Source: Escherichia phage CJ20. From it: DNA of 64,000 nt. The stretch lies in the sequence record MT533174.1; one strand, given 5' to 3'. Made by a program: the position numbers and the translations under genes. This document shows, in pieces, positions 1 through 9,334 of this stretch. The stretch's first letter is position 1, and the number at the start of each line of letters is the position of its first letter. The notes beneath the pieces were generated by a model that did not search any database, was not told where the DNA came from, and saw only the letters and a program-made list of their open reading frames with translations.

Positions 1-1
1 C

Positions 2-499
2 ATTAAGTTCGGTGAAGCAACTCCGGCTGACCAGACTACCATGATGAAAGAGATGATTCATCGTGCAGTTGCGGTATGTAAAAACGAAGGCGTTGAAATC
101 GAAGACCTGAAAGTTGTTGCTGCTCTGGTTAAGCATAACTTCCCGGACCTGCGTAAGACAATTAACGAGCTTGACCGTTACTCTGCAAAGGGTGTTATCG
201 ATTCTGGTATTCTGAGTATCGTGACAAACAATCGCACGCCAATTGATGATGTGATTGATGCCCTTAAGGACCGTAACTTTAAAGTTCTCCGTGGTCTGGC
301 TCCTAAGCATGCAAATGATTATTCGAGCTTCATTGCAAAGCTGGCTGATGAAATGTATGGCAAACTGACTGGTGCAAGTATTATCCGCATGTATGAGATT
401 GTGGGTGAGAATAATCAGTACCATGGTATTGCAGCCAATACCGAAGTTCACTTGACTTACCTGTTTGCTCAACTGGCTGGGGAAATGAAATGGCTGTAA
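2..499 (+). CDS. 44: Clamp-loader large subunit gp44, C-terminal fragment (5' end outside window)
   Basis: Open frame from window edge to stop at 497-499; directly followed by gp62 and regA homologues in T4 order. Confidence 0.7.
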   Translation: MKFGEATPADQTTMMKEMIHRAVAVCKNEGVEIEDLKVVAALVKHNFPDLRKTINELDRYSAKGVIDSGILSIVTNNRTPIDDVIDALKDRNFKVLRGLAPKHANDYSSFIAKLADEMYGKLTGASIIRMYEIVGENNQYHGIAANTEVHLTYLFAQLAGEMKWL

Positions 500-1068
500 G
501 TCTCTTTGATGATGACGTTCAATTAAACGAACATGAGGTTGCGTGGAAATCACGCGACTTTAACAAAATTCAGGAATTGTCCGATTCATACAAAGAGAAA
601 GCAGAAAATGAATTGTTCGCGATTCTTAACGACATAACCGTTAGTAAAAAACCACGGAACCTGATTCAATCAGAAAACTACAATAAATTCTGGTTGGACA
701 ATGCATTGAGTCAACATGTTGATTGCATCATGCAGGTGAACGTGATGAACTTAATCGGTTCCGGGTTAACAGACCAGCAGCATTATAATTATTTGCTGCA
801 TGCAGTTCCGCAAGGCAAGCGTTATGGCAAATGGGCTAAGGCTGAACCGGATGTAGTCAACGTCCAGCTTGTGCTCAAGCTTTTAATGAAATATTATACA
901 ATTAATGCAGATGATGCTTTGATGTATATGGAAACATTGAAAGTCAAAGGTAGTCTTAAAGATGTTTTGAAAAAGACAAAAGGTCTGGTGACGGATGAAT
1001 TCTTAAAGACCGTTACCAGTAATGTGAAAGAACAAAAAGAAATTAAAAAACAAATATTGGAATGGTAA
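490..1068 (+). CDS. 62: Clamp-loader small subunit gp62
   Basis: 192 aa; close match to remembered T4 gp62 (LNEH.VAW, NLIGSGL, GKRYGKWAK, GLVTD.FLK.VT.NVKEQK); start overlaps upstream stop. Confidence 0.9.
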   Translation: MAVSLFDDDVQLNEHEVAWKSRDFNKIQELSDSYKEKAENELFAILNDITVSKKPRNLIQSENYNKFWLDNALSQHVDCIMQVNVMNLIGSGLTDQQHYNYLLHAVPQGKRYGKWAKAEPDVVNVQLVLKLLMKYYTINADDALMYMETLKVKGSLKDVLKKTKGLVTDEFLKTVTSNVKEQKEIKKQILEW

Positions 1069-1069
1069 A

Positions 1070-1438
1070 ATGATTGAAATTACATTAAAGCAACCTGAAG
1101 ACTTCCTGAAAGTTAAAGAAACTCTGACCCGTATGGGCATCGCAAATAATAAAGACCGTGTGCTGTACCAGAGCTGCCACATCCTCCAGAAGCAAGGTCG
1201 TTATTATATTGTTCACTTCAAAGAAATGCTGCGCATGGATGGTCGTCAGGTTGATATTGACGGCGAAGACTATCAGCGCCGTGATTCCATTGCCCAACTG
1301 CTCGAAGACTGGGGCTTAATTGCTATCAAAGAAGAAGAGCATAATGAATTGTTCGCAGTAACAAACAACTTCCGTGTTATCTCCTTCAAACAAAAAGACG
1401 ACTGGAAGCTCGTAGCCAAATATACAATTGGTAATTGA
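1070..1438 (+). CDS. regA: Translational repressor RegA
   Basis: 122 aa, same length as T4 RegA, near-identical N-terminus MIEITLK.PEDFLKVKETLTRMGIANNKD. Confidence 0.9.
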   Translation: MIEITLKQPEDFLKVKETLTRMGIANNKDRVLYQSCHILQKQGRYYIVHFKEMLRMDGRQVDIDGEDYQRRDSIAQLLEDWGLIAIKEEEHNELFAVTNNFRVISFKQKDDWKLVAKYTIGN

Positions 1439-1439
1439 T

Positions 1440-1655
1440 ATGAAGCATGAAATTGAAACATGTGAACGCCTTAAAGAAGTATACGGACTTTCCCCAACTC
1501 AAACTATTTTTGACCTTTCCGAAGAACTTCAAATAGAATTTCAAAAGGAACTCAATAAATTATTGCATCCTGGCCAGAGAGTCTTCCAGGCTATGGTTAG
1601 AACTAAAGATGAAAATGGTAATCCGACCATCGAACGTCGTACAATAGAAATTTAA
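1440..1655 (+). CDS. Hypothetical small protein (71 aa)
   Basis: ATG at 1440 one base after regA stop; ORF ends just before a strong terminator hairpin. Confidence 0.45.
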   Translation: MKHEIETCERLKEVYGLSPTQTIFDLSEELQIEFQKELNKLLHPGQRVFQAMVRTKDENGNPTIERRTIEI

Positions 1656-1660
1656 AGCAA

Positions 1661-1680
1661 AGGGACTTCGGTCCCTTTTG
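1661..1680 (+). terminator. Rho-independent terminator (AGGGAC-TTCG-GTCCCT + T run)
   Basis: Perfect 6-bp GC stem with TTCG tetraloop followed by TTTT, between small ORF and gene 43. Confidence 0.7.
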
Positions 1681-1740
1681 TAGTATAATAGCGTCAAGTC
1701 ATAAAACAAAAGTCAATCACTCGACTATAAAGGAAATCAA

Positions 1741-4455
1741 ATGCAAGAATTTTATTTAACTATCGAACAAATCGGTGACAACCTGCTCGAACGATATATT
1801 GACAAGAATGGTCATGAACGTGTTCGTGAAATCCCTTATGCTCCATGCTTGTTTATGCACGCCCGAGAAGACCAGGCTGCAAAGTATACAGACATCTATA
1901 ATAAAGGTTGTGTGAAAAAAGAATTCGATTCCATGCGTGATGCATCCCAGTGGATGAAGCGAATGAATGACATGGGTCTCGAAGCTATGGGTATGGACGA
2001 CTTTAAACTCGCATACTTGTCCGACCGTTACCCACACGAAATCAAATATGATTCAAGTAAAATCCGTGTTGCTAACTTCGATATCGAGGTGACATCTCCC
2101 GATGGGTTCCCCGAACCGTCTGAAGCACGTCACCCTATTGATGCCCTGACGCACTATGATTCGGTAGACGATAAATTCTATGTCTTTGACCTTTTGGACT
2201 CACCATACGCCACTGTGGAGCAATGGTCTATTGATATTGCTGCTAAGCTGCAGGAAGATGGTGGTGATGAAGTCCCGGAAGAAATCCTGGAAAAAATTGT
2301 TTATATGGCTTTCGATTCAGAAGAAGAAATGCTCCAGCAGTATTTGGTATTCTGGAACGAGAAAACTCCGGTTATGTTAACTGGTTGGAACATCGAGAAG
2401 TTTGATATTCCATATATCTACAACCGCCTTAAAAATGTATTTGGTGAAGCTACAGCAAAACGTCTGAGCCCGCATCGTCGTACAAAAGTTAAGGTCATTA
2501 ACAACGGCTTTGGTGAAGAACAAGAAATCATTCAGATTCTGGGTATCTCTGTTCTGGATTATCTGGACCTGTATAAAAAGTTCAGCTTCACAAACCAACC
2601 GTCTTATTCGTTGGATTATGTTGCGGAATCTGAACTGGGTGTTGGTAAACTCCCGTATGATGGCCCAATTTCTAAACTGCGCGAATCAAATCACCAGCGG
2701 TATATTTCTTATAACATCATCGACGTTTATCGTGTTGTGCAGATTGACCGTAAGCGGCAGTTTATTAACCTGAGTCAGTCAATGGGTTATTATGCAAAAA
2801 TGCAGATTCAGTCTGTATTCAGCCCAATCAAAACTTGGGATGCGATTATCTTTAACAGCCTGAAGACTCAAAACAAAGTCATTCCGGAAACCAAATCGCA
2901 TGTTCGTCAATCGTTCCCTGGTGCATTTGTTAAGGAACCTATTCCGAACGCATACAAATATGTAATGAGCTGTGACTTAACATCTCTGTATCCGAGCATC
3001 ATCCGACAGATTAACATCAGTCCAGAAACGATTGCCGGTTCATTTGCTCCAGCCCAGATGTATGAATACATCGCAGGAACTGCTGACCGTCCATCTGATA
3101 CATTTAGTTGTGCTCCAAATGGTATGATGTATTTTAAAGATGTTGCGGGTATTATTCCGACAGAAGTCACCAAGGTGTTTAATCAGCGTAAAGAACACAA
3201 AGGCTATATGCTTGCGGCTCAACGTAATGGTGAACTGATTAAGGAAGCTCTGCGTAATCCAGGAACTGGTACAACCGAGCCTGAAGTTGATTATCGTCAT
3301 GACTTTGATGACAATATGAAAACAACCTTGCATGGTCTGAATCAAACAGTCCTAAATGGTATGTTGTACAAAGCGCAGATGGAAGAAGTTGCAGGCATGA
3401 CCGCGCAGATTAACCGTAAACTACTTATCAACAGTTGTTATGGTGCTCTGGGTAATATCTGGTTCCGTTACTTTGACCTGCGAAATGCAACCGCGATTAC
3501 ATCTTTCGGACAACTTGCATTGCAGTGGATTGAGCGTAAAGTTAACGAATACTTCGATAGTGTTTGCGGGACAAGCGGCGAAACTTATGTGTTCTATGGC
3601 GATACTGACTCCATTTATATCCAGTGCGATAACCTGATTAAAAAGGTTGGTGGCGAATCTAAATTCCGCGATACAAACCACCTGGTTGACTTCATGGACA
3701 AGTTCGCGAAAGACCGTCTGGAACCGGCAATCGATAAAGCTTTCCGTGAGCTGGCTGAATACATGAACAACAAACAGCACCTTATGTTTATGGACCGTGA
3801 GGCGATTGCATGTCCTCCACTGGGTTCTAAGGGTGTTGGTGGGTTCTGGACGGCGAAGAAGCGTTATGCGTTGAACGTGTACGATATGGAAGGTACACGA
3901 TATGCTGTTCCGAAACTGAAAATCATGGGTCTGGAAACTCAAAAGTCGAGTACTCCAAAGGCATGTCAGAAAGCTCTGAAAGAATGTATCCGCCGTATGC
4001 TGCAAGAAGGTGAAGAATCTCTGCAGACATACTTCAAGGAATTCAATAAGGAATTTAATGAGCTTAACTACATGACCATCGCAGGTGTATCATCGGTTAA
4101 CAACATCCAGAAATATAATGAAGGCGGTTTCCCTGGATTTAAGTGTCCGGCCCATATCAAAGGTGTGCTTGCATATATGCGTGCAACTAAAGGTCTGAAG
4201 ACTGTTCCGCAAATCATGGAAGGGGAAAAGGTGTATGTACTTCCTCTTAAAGTCGGCAACCCGTTTGGTGAAACCGTGATTGCATGGCCATCTGGGATTG
4301 AACTCCCGATTGAAATCCGTGACCAGGTTCTGCAGTGGATGGATTACAGTGCCTTGTTCCAGAAGACTTTTGTTAAGCCATTAACAGGTTTCTCTGAAGC
4401 TGCAAAGGTTGATTACGAAAAGAAAGCAACTCTTTTTGATATGTTTGACTTTTAA
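1741..4455 (+). CDS. 43: DNA polymerase gp43 (family B)
   Basis: 904 aa; exonuclease motif FDIEV, polymerase motifs SLYPSII, YGDTDS; end-to-end similarity to remembered T4/RB69 gp43. Confidence 0.97.
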   Translation: MQEFYLTIEQIGDNLLERYIDKNGHERVREIPYAPCLFMHAREDQAAKYTDIYNKGCVKKEFDSMRDASQWMKRMNDMGLEAMGMDDFKLAYLSDRYPHEIKYDSSKIRVANFDIEVTSPDGFPEPSEARHPIDALTHYDSVDDKFYVFDLLDSPYATVEQWSIDIAAKLQEDGGDEVPEEILEKIVYMAFDSEEEMLQQYLVFWNEKTPVMLTGWNIEKFDIPYIYNRLKNVFGEATAKRLSPHRRTKVKVINNGFGEEQEIIQILGISVLDYLDLYKKFSFTNQPSYSLDYVAESELGVGKLPYDGPISKLRESNHQRYISYNIIDVYRVVQIDRKRQFINLSQSMGYYAKMQIQSVFSPIKTWDAIIFNSLKTQNKVIPETKSHVRQSFPGAFVKEPIPNAYKYVMSCDLTSLYPSIIRQINISPETIAGSFAPAQMYEYIAGTADRPSDTFSCAPNGMMYFKDVAGIIPTEVTKVFNQRKEHKGYMLAAQRNGELIKEALRNPGTGTTEPEVDYRHDFDDNMKTTLHGLNQTVLNGMLYKAQMEEVAGMTAQINRKLLINSCYGALGNIWFRYFDLRNATAITSFGQLALQWIERKVNEYFDSVCGTSGETYVFYGDTDSIYIQCDNLIKKVGGESKFRDTNHLVDFMDKFAKDRLEPAIDKAFRELAEYMNNKQHLMFMDREAIACPPLGSKGVGGFWTAKKRYALNVYDMEGTRYAVPKLKIMGLETQKSSTPKACQKALKECIRRMLQEGEESLQTYFKEFNKEFNELNYMTIAGVSSVNNIQKYNEGGFPGFKCPAHIKGVLAYMRATKGLKTVPQIMEGEKVYVLPLKVGNPFGETVIAWPSGIELPIEIRDQVLQWMDYSALFQKTFVKPLTGFSEAAKVDYEKKATLFDMFDF

Positions 4456-4457
4456 GT

Positions 4458-4487
4458 GTTTACAACGGCAATGGATTGCCGTATGAT
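4458..4487 (+). promoter_or_regulatory. Early sigma70-type promoter (GTTTACA -35, TATGAT -10) with a 6-bp hairpin in the spacer
   Basis: TTTACA 4459-4464, 17-bp spacer containing CGGCAA-TGGA-TTGCCG, TATGAT 4482-4487; upstream of imm. Confidence 0.5.
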
Positions 4488-4524
4488 TACCCCATCAACT
4501 GATGAATAACTTGAGGATATTAAA

Positions 4525-4767
4525 ATGGAAGCATTAATTGCGGGTACTGTTGTTCTTGGTGCAGGTTCTTTCTTCCTGGCTGCACTGGCATATTTTCTGC
4601 CGTGGATTATCGCGCTACTGCGTGGAACCAAAAGTAATTGCGGAATCTTCTTTGTTAACCTTCTGTTAGGTTGGACAATGGTTGGATGGTTTATTGCATT
4701 TATCTGGGCACTTGTTGCTGAACGTAAATCAAACGCACAAGTAATTATCATCAAGGAAGCAAAATGA
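4525..4767 (+). CDS. imm: Superinfection immunity protein Imm-like (two transmembrane helices)
   Basis: 80 aa with two hydrophobic helices; immediately downstream of gene 43 as in T4. Confidence 0.65.
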   Translation: MEALIAGTVVLGAGSFFLAALAYFLPWIIALLRGTKSNCGIFFVNLLLGWTMVGWFIAFIWALVAERKSNAQVIIIKEAK

Positions 4768-4907
4768 AGATAATTACAATTATTGTACTGATTGCATTTT
4801 TTAGTATGTCAATCTATTGGGCAATAATGACTCCACATATGATTCCAACTTTAATTTTGGGTTGGGTATTTTTGGGGCTCCAAGCTCGCTATGAATGTTT
4901 TAATTAG
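4764..4907 (+). CDS. Small membrane peptide (47 aa)
   Basis: ATGA overlap with imm stop; single hydrophobic helix; below ORF-track size cutoff. Confidence 0.35.
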   Translation: MKIITIIVLIAFFSMSIYWAIMTPHMIPTLILGWVFLGLQARYECFN

Positions 4908-4915
4908 GAAGCAAA

Positions 4916-5419
4916 ATGAAAAAGTTAGCTATCGCAGCTGTTATGCTGCTATCTGGTTGTGCTTACCAGGGTGATGTTGTTAATGCCAACGAGATTGGTA
5001 AAGCGCGAATTGCTGCAGACCGTCAGGTGCATAATGGTTCCTTTGATTTCAAAGGTGGTACTGGACTTATCTACAAACGCGACAACAATCAATGCGGAAA
5101 CAACTGCGCGAAATATGCTCAACAAGAAATTGAGTACAAACGCGAGCAAGCTGCGAAGCATGACGAAATCATTGCCAAGCTGGAAGCAGAAACCAAGCGA
5201 CAAAATGACCTGGATACTGTTAACCAGATTTCACAGGTCTGCATGTCATATATCAATATGCAGATAAACATCATGCGCGCAGAAGCTTATCAGGCAGCGG
5301 AGACGGGTTCTCCAAAAGCTAATGAGTACCGCGATATGTATCAGCGTTCTGCTCAAAACCGTCTGAGCTATATTAATAAATGTGTAGCTAAAGAGAAAGC
5401 ACGCCAAGGTATTAACTAA
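4916..5419 (+). CDS. Predicted lipoprotein, function unknown
   Basis: 167 aa; signal peptide ending in lipobox LLSGC; coiled-coil-like Lys/Glu/Gln-rich body; SD GGAAGCAAAATG. Confidence 0.6.
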   Translation: MKKLAIAAVMLLSGCAYQGDVVNANEIGKARIAADRQVHNGSFDFKGGTGLIYKRDNNQCGNNCAKYAQQEIEYKREQAAKHDEIIAKLEAETKRQNDLDTVNQISQVCMSYINMQINIMRAEAYQAAETGSPKANEYRDMYQRSAQNRLSYINKCVAKEKARQGIN

Positions 5420-5440
5420 ACAAACTGCGAGAAGAATATT

Positions 5441-5569
5441 ATGATTGGTATGTTATTGATTAGTCTATGGCTGTTGTCTGCATTTGGTATTGGGTTTATG
5501 TACTGGTGGGACAAACGCCAGACCCGTAAGATTGTTGAACGTGCAATTAATCGTGGATTCAATCGTTAA
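5441..5569 (+). CDS. Small membrane peptide (42 aa)
   Basis: ATG at 5441, hydrophobic N-terminus, basic C-terminus; short, no homology evidence. Confidence 0.3.
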   Translation: MIGMLLISLWLLSAFGIGFMYWWDKRQTRKIVERAINRGFNR

Positions 5570-5595
5570 TTGCTCTAAAAATACAGTGATATAAT
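5568..5595 (+). promoter_or_regulatory. Putative MotA-dependent middle promoter for uvsX
   Basis: MotA-box-like TTGCTCTAA (TGCTC 5571-5575) placed 19 bp before TATAAT 5590-5595. Confidence 0.4.
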
Positions 5596-5648
5596 TATCC
5601 TATCTTAAACCTGTGAGAAAAATATAATGGTGCCTATGGAAAAAATGA

Positions 5649-6827
5649 ATGTCTATTGCAGATTTGAAATCCCGTTTGATTAAAGCTTCTACATCCAAAA
5701 TGACCGCGACTCTTACCAAGTCCAAGTTCTTTAATGATAAAGATGTAGTTCGTACAAAAATCCCGATGCTGAACATTGCAATCAGCGGTGCACTAGATGG
5801 TGGCATGCAGTCAGGTTTGACTATTTTTGCTGGTCCGTCAAAACACTTTAAATCCAATATGGGTTTAACGATGGTCTCTGCATATATGAACAAATACCCC
5901 GATGCAATCTGTTTGTTCTATGATTCAGAATTTGGTATCACAGAAGCCTATCTTCGTGCAATGAAAGTTGACCCGGAGCGTGTTATCCACACACCAATCC
6001 AGTCGGTTGAACAATTGAAAGTTGATATGGTTAACCAGCTTGAAGCAATTGAGCGTGGTGAAAAAGTCATTATCTTTATTGACTCAATCGGTAACATGGC
6101 ATCGAAAAAAGAAACAGAAGATGCGATGAACGAAAAAGTCGTTGGCGATATGACTCGTGCTAAATCCCTGAAATCTCTGTTCCGTATTGTTACTCCATAT
6201 TTTAGCATCAAGGATATTCCTTGTGTCGCGGTTAACCATACAATCGAGACGATTGAGATGTACAGTAAAACCGTTATGACCGGCGGTACAGGTGTTATGT
6301 ATTCCGCGGACACCGTATTCATTATCGGCAAACGCCAGATTAAAGAAACTGGTAAAGAACTTGAAGGCTTCCAATTTGTTCTGAACGCCGAAAAATCTCG
6401 TATGGTCAAAGAGAAAAGTAAATTCTTCATTGATGTAAAATTCGATGGCGGTATTGACCCGTATTCTGGCCTGCTTGATATGGCAATGGAAATCGGATTT
6501 GTGGTGAAACCAAAAGTTGGTTGGTATAACCGTGAATATCTTGATGTTGAGACCGGTGAAATGGTCCGCGAAGAAAAATCATGGCGCGCAAAAGATACTA
6601 ACTGCACCGAATTCTGGGGCCCGCTGTTCAAACACGAACCTTTCCGTGATGCAATCAAACGCCATTACCAACTGGGTGCAATCGATAGCAATGCTGTTGT
6701 TGATGCCGAAGTTGATGCGCTTATTGCCTCCAAGGTTGAAAAATACACTGCTCCTGAAGGTAAGACAAAACCGTCCGCGGCAGATATCGAAAACGATTTA
6801 GATATGATGGAAGACCTTGATGAATGA
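5649..6827 (+). CDS. uvsX: UvsX RecA-like recombinase
   Basis: 392 aa; Walker A-like GPSKHFKS; strong similarity to remembered T4 UvsX. Confidence 0.95.
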   Translation: MSIADLKSRLIKASTSKMTATLTKSKFFNDKDVVRTKIPMLNIAISGALDGGMQSGLTIFAGPSKHFKSNMGLTMVSAYMNKYPDAICLFYDSEFGITEAYLRAMKVDPERVIHTPIQSVEQLKVDMVNQLEAIERGEKVIIFIDSIGNMASKKETEDAMNEKVVGDMTRAKSLKSLFRIVTPYFSIKDIPCVAVNHTIETIEMYSKTVMTGGTGVMYSADTVFIIGKRQIKETGKELEGFQFVLNAEKSRMVKEKSKFFIDVKFDGGIDPYSGLLDMAMEIGFVVKPKVGWYNREYLDVETGEMVREEKSWRAKDTNCTEFWGPLFKHEPFRDAIKRHYQLGAIDSNAVVDAEVDALIASKVEKYTAPEGKTKPSAADIENDLDMMEDLDE

Positions 6828-7161
6828 TATCGATTTATCTGATTTAGATAATTTCGAGAAAGATGCGGAGGGAGCTAAGGCTCCTTCTGTACCTTACTAC
6901 GAAAAAAGTTTGGAGATTATCCGGCAATCCATGGGAACTGTACGGCAGGAAATTCTGTTATCACTTCCCGATGGGTCCAGTCACATTGTGTACGTAACCG
7001 GAATTAAAATTGAACCATCTGGAAAAGTTTCAGTTGATTTCGGCACCCCTTCTGAAGACCGCAAAGCGGAGCTTGCTGTGCATGTAGAAAAGTGTGTTAC
7101 AATGCAAATACAAGATGAAATTGATAAAATTAAAATGAAAAAGAGGTGGTGGAAGTGGTAG
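6817..7161 (+). CDS. 40: gp40-like protein (head vertex assembly factor in T4)
   Basis: 114 aa ORF between uvsX and gene 41, the gene 40 position in T4; assignment by synteny and size only. Confidence 0.55.
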   Translation: MMNDIDLSDLDNFEKDAEGAKAPSVPYYEKSLEIIRQSMGTVRQEILLSLPDGSSHIVYVTGIKIEPSGKVSVDFGTPSEDRKAELAVHVEKCVTMQIQDEIDKIKMKKRWWKW

Positions 7162-8585
7162 AAACTATTTTATCCCAGCTACTCTTTAACAAGGAATATT
7201 TTGTTAAAGTCTGGCCATATCTGAATAACACATATTTTGAAAAGGGTCCTGCAAAGACCCTTTTTAATACGATTAACGAACACGTAAAAGAATATCAAGC
7301 GGTACCAACTAAGACTGCACTTGATATCGCGCTCGACAGTTCTGACCTTTCTGAAGTCGAATATGAAGGCACAAAGAAACTCTTAGGAGTCCTGGCCGAT
7401 ACTCCAGAAGACCAGGAATGGTTGGTTAAAGAAACCGAGAAGTATGTACAGAAGTCTGCGATGTTCAATGCCACATCCAGGATTATCGAAATCCAGAGTA
7501 ATGCCGAACTTCCGAAAGATAAACGTGATAAACGAATCCCGGATATTGGTGCTATCCCTGACATCATGCGCGATGCATTGTCTATCTGTTTTGACTCTGC
7601 TCTGGGCCATGACTGGTTAAACGATTACGAGGCTCGATTCCAGACTTATCTGAACAAATCGAAGAAGGTTCCGTTCCGTATTAACATCCTGAATAAAATC
7701 ACGAAAGGTGGAGTTGAGTACGGTACAGAGAACGTTTTACTGGCCGGGACAAACGTCGGGAAATCCCTTGGACTTTGTTCGTTAGCGGCTGACTATCTTC
7801 AGACTGGTCATAACGTTCTTTATATAAGCATGGAAATGGCTGAAGAAGTATGTGCCAAACGTATTGATGCCAACTTGCTGGATGTGTCTCTGGATGATAT
7901 TGATGAAGGTCATGTGTCATGGGCGGAATATAAAGCTAAGATGGAAAAATGGCGTGCTTCCGGGACTCTTGGGACTCTGAAGATAAAACAATATCCAACT
8001 GGCGGTGCTCATGCAGATACCTTCCGCGCATTGCTGAATGAGTACAAGCTGAAGCAAGGGTTTGTGCCGGATGTGATTATTGTTGACTACCTGGCAATCT
8101 GTGCAAGCTCAAGACTGAAAACGTTTACCGAAAACAGTTACGGCCTGATTAAGATGGTTGCAGAAGAACTTCGTGGTCTGGCTGTTGAGAAAAATGTAGT
8201 CCTGTGGACTGCAGCGCAGACAACCAGGGGCGCGAACGTTGCAGCTGAGATTGATATGGCTGACATCGCAGAATCCTTTGGTATTGCTCACACGGCCGAC
8301 TTTATGTTGGGTGTTGTTGAGACCGAAGAATTCGCTCAAATGGGTCTACAGTTAATCAAACAGCTTAAGTCTCGTTATGGCGATAAGAACTACTATAATA
8401 AATTCAAGATGGGTGTTAAGAAAGGCAATCAGCGCTGGTACGAGGTTGATGATGATTCAGCTCCTAAACAAGGCCCTACGGTTAAAGAAGCCACCGGTGA
8501 GATGAATCGCCAGGCTGAAATGAATAGACAAACCAGGGTCAACAGGAGCGACCTGGACGACCTTGCTGCTCAAATGAAATTCTAA
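7146..8585 (+). CDS. 41: Replicative DnaB-like helicase gp41
   Basis: 479 aa; Walker A GTNVGKS; N-terminus aligns with T4 gp41; start codon ambiguous (GTG at 7146 or 7155). Confidence 0.95.
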   Translation: MVEVVETILSQLLFNKEYFVKVWPYLNNTYFEKGPAKTLFNTINEHVKEYQAVPTKTALDIALDSSDLSEVEYEGTKKLLGVLADTPEDQEWLVKETEKYVQKSAMFNATSRIIEIQSNAELPKDKRDKRIPDIGAIPDIMRDALSICFDSALGHDWLNDYEARFQTYLNKSKKVPFRINILNKITKGGVEYGTENVLLAGTNVGKSLGLCSLAADYLQTGHNVLYISMEMAEEVCAKRIDANLLDVSLDDIDEGHVSWAEYKAKMEKWRASGTLGTLKIKQYPTGGAHADTFRALLNEYKLKQGFVPDVIIVDYLAICASSRLKTFTENSYGLIKMVAEELRGLAVEKNVVLWTAAQTTRGANVAAEIDMADIAESFGIAHTADFMLGVVETEEFAQMGLQLIKQLKSRYGDKNYYNKFKMGVKKGNQRWYEVDDDSAPKQGPTVKEATGEMNRQAEMNRQTRVNRSDLDDLAAQMKF

Positions 8586-8603
8586 AGACCTTCGGGTCTT
8601 TTT
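8585..8603 (+). terminator. Rho-independent terminator (AAGACC-TTCG-GGTCTT + T run)
   Basis: Hairpin starts at gene 41 stop, followed by TTTT. Confidence 0.65.
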
Positions 8604-8612
8604 CATTTAGAG

Positions 8613-8642
8613 GTTTACATCACCATAAAAAGGGTGTACTAT
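8613..8642 (+). promoter_or_regulatory. Early sigma70-type promoter
   Basis: TTTACA 8614-8619, 17-bp spacer, TACTAT 8637-8642; followed by leader motif CCATCAACTACTGATGAGGA 8647-8666. Confidence 0.5.
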
Positions 8643-8673
8643 TATCCCATCAACTACTGATGAGGATAATAAA

Positions 8674-8922
8674 ATGTTATTAGTTAATGTGCATTACCAG
8701 TTCAAATCTGAAGAAGCTCTCCAAAAGTATGCTGATATTTGTGAGCATAATAAAAGAACAGCTGCCATTGTTGGTCTGAAGCCTTTTAAAATTTTGGATT
8801 GCTCCTTGAACAGAGCAAGGCGCTGGTGTAGTGTTGCCTGTCATGCTTCAGTTGAAGGGAATGATTATTTTTTCATTACTTTCAATGCACAAGATTTTCA
8901 TTTAATTAATGAATTAAAATAG
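8674..8922 (+). CDS. Hypothetical protein (82 aa)
   Basis: ATG 9 nt after GAGGA of leader motif; Cys-containing; no homology recognised. Confidence 0.45.
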   Translation: MLLVNVHYQFKSEEALQKYADICEHNKRTAAIVGLKPFKILDCSLNRARRWCSVACHASVEGNDYFFITFNAQDFHLINELK

Positions 8923-8923
8923 T

Positions 8924-8951
8924 GTACAAGCCCCTTGTCTTAGGACATAAT
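8924..8951 (+). promoter_or_regulatory. Early sigma70-type promoter
   Basis: TGTACA 8924-8929, 16-bp spacer, CATAAT 8946-8951, then leader motif TGATTCCATACTGAG. Confidence 0.5.
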
Positions 8952-9001
8952 GATTCCATACTGAGTTACACAATAAACCAACTGTTAAAAAGGAAAACCA
9001 T

Positions 9002-9304
9002 ATGTTTAATCAAACCGACATGAATCGTTACTATTTTGGACAATTCGCTCGCCGTGATGAAAACTGTGCTGCTCTTATCGCATCAGGCATTCAAACTGGT
9101 AAATTAATAAAGCTCAAAAGCGATGTTCAACCTTCATCTGTTCGCAGCTCTCTTCGTGAGTATCTGCTTGCAGGCGGTGAAGTGTACGTCATCGCCGAAC
9201 CTTTTGTTAACGTGTGCGATGATTACACAATTAGTGTGACTGTTATGCACCCAACTACTGGGAAAATTCGTTGTCTGACTATGCACAACTATGAGTTGGC
9301 ATAA
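9002..9304 (+). CDS. Hypothetical protein (100 aa)
   Basis: ORF with own promoter and terminator; no homology recognised. Confidence 0.45.
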   Translation: MFNQTDMNRYYFGQFARRDENCAALIASGIQTGKLIKLKSDVQPSSVRSSLREYLLAGGEVYVIAEPFVNVCDDYTISVTVMHPTTGKIRCLTMHNYELA

Positions 9305-9311
9305 GTGAACA

Positions 9312-9334
9312 AAGGGGCTTACAGCCCCTTTTTC
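9312..9334 (+). terminator. Rho-independent terminator (AAGGGGCT-TACA-AGCCCCTT + T run) overlapping next promoter -35
   Basis: Perfect 8-bp stem, TTTTT tail; CTTACA in the hairpin is 17 bp before TATAAT 9341-9346. Confidence 0.65.

Noticed and set aside
3421-4005. 194-aa ORF on the minus strand inside DNA polymerase gene 43
   Set aside because: Antisense to a gene with very strong homology support; no start context; low-complexity Thr/Cys-rich translation typical of a spurious antisense frame.
5948-6658. 236-aa minus-strand ORF inside uvsX
   Set aside because: Entirely antisense to uvsX; Ser/Ile-rich composition; no promoter or SD.
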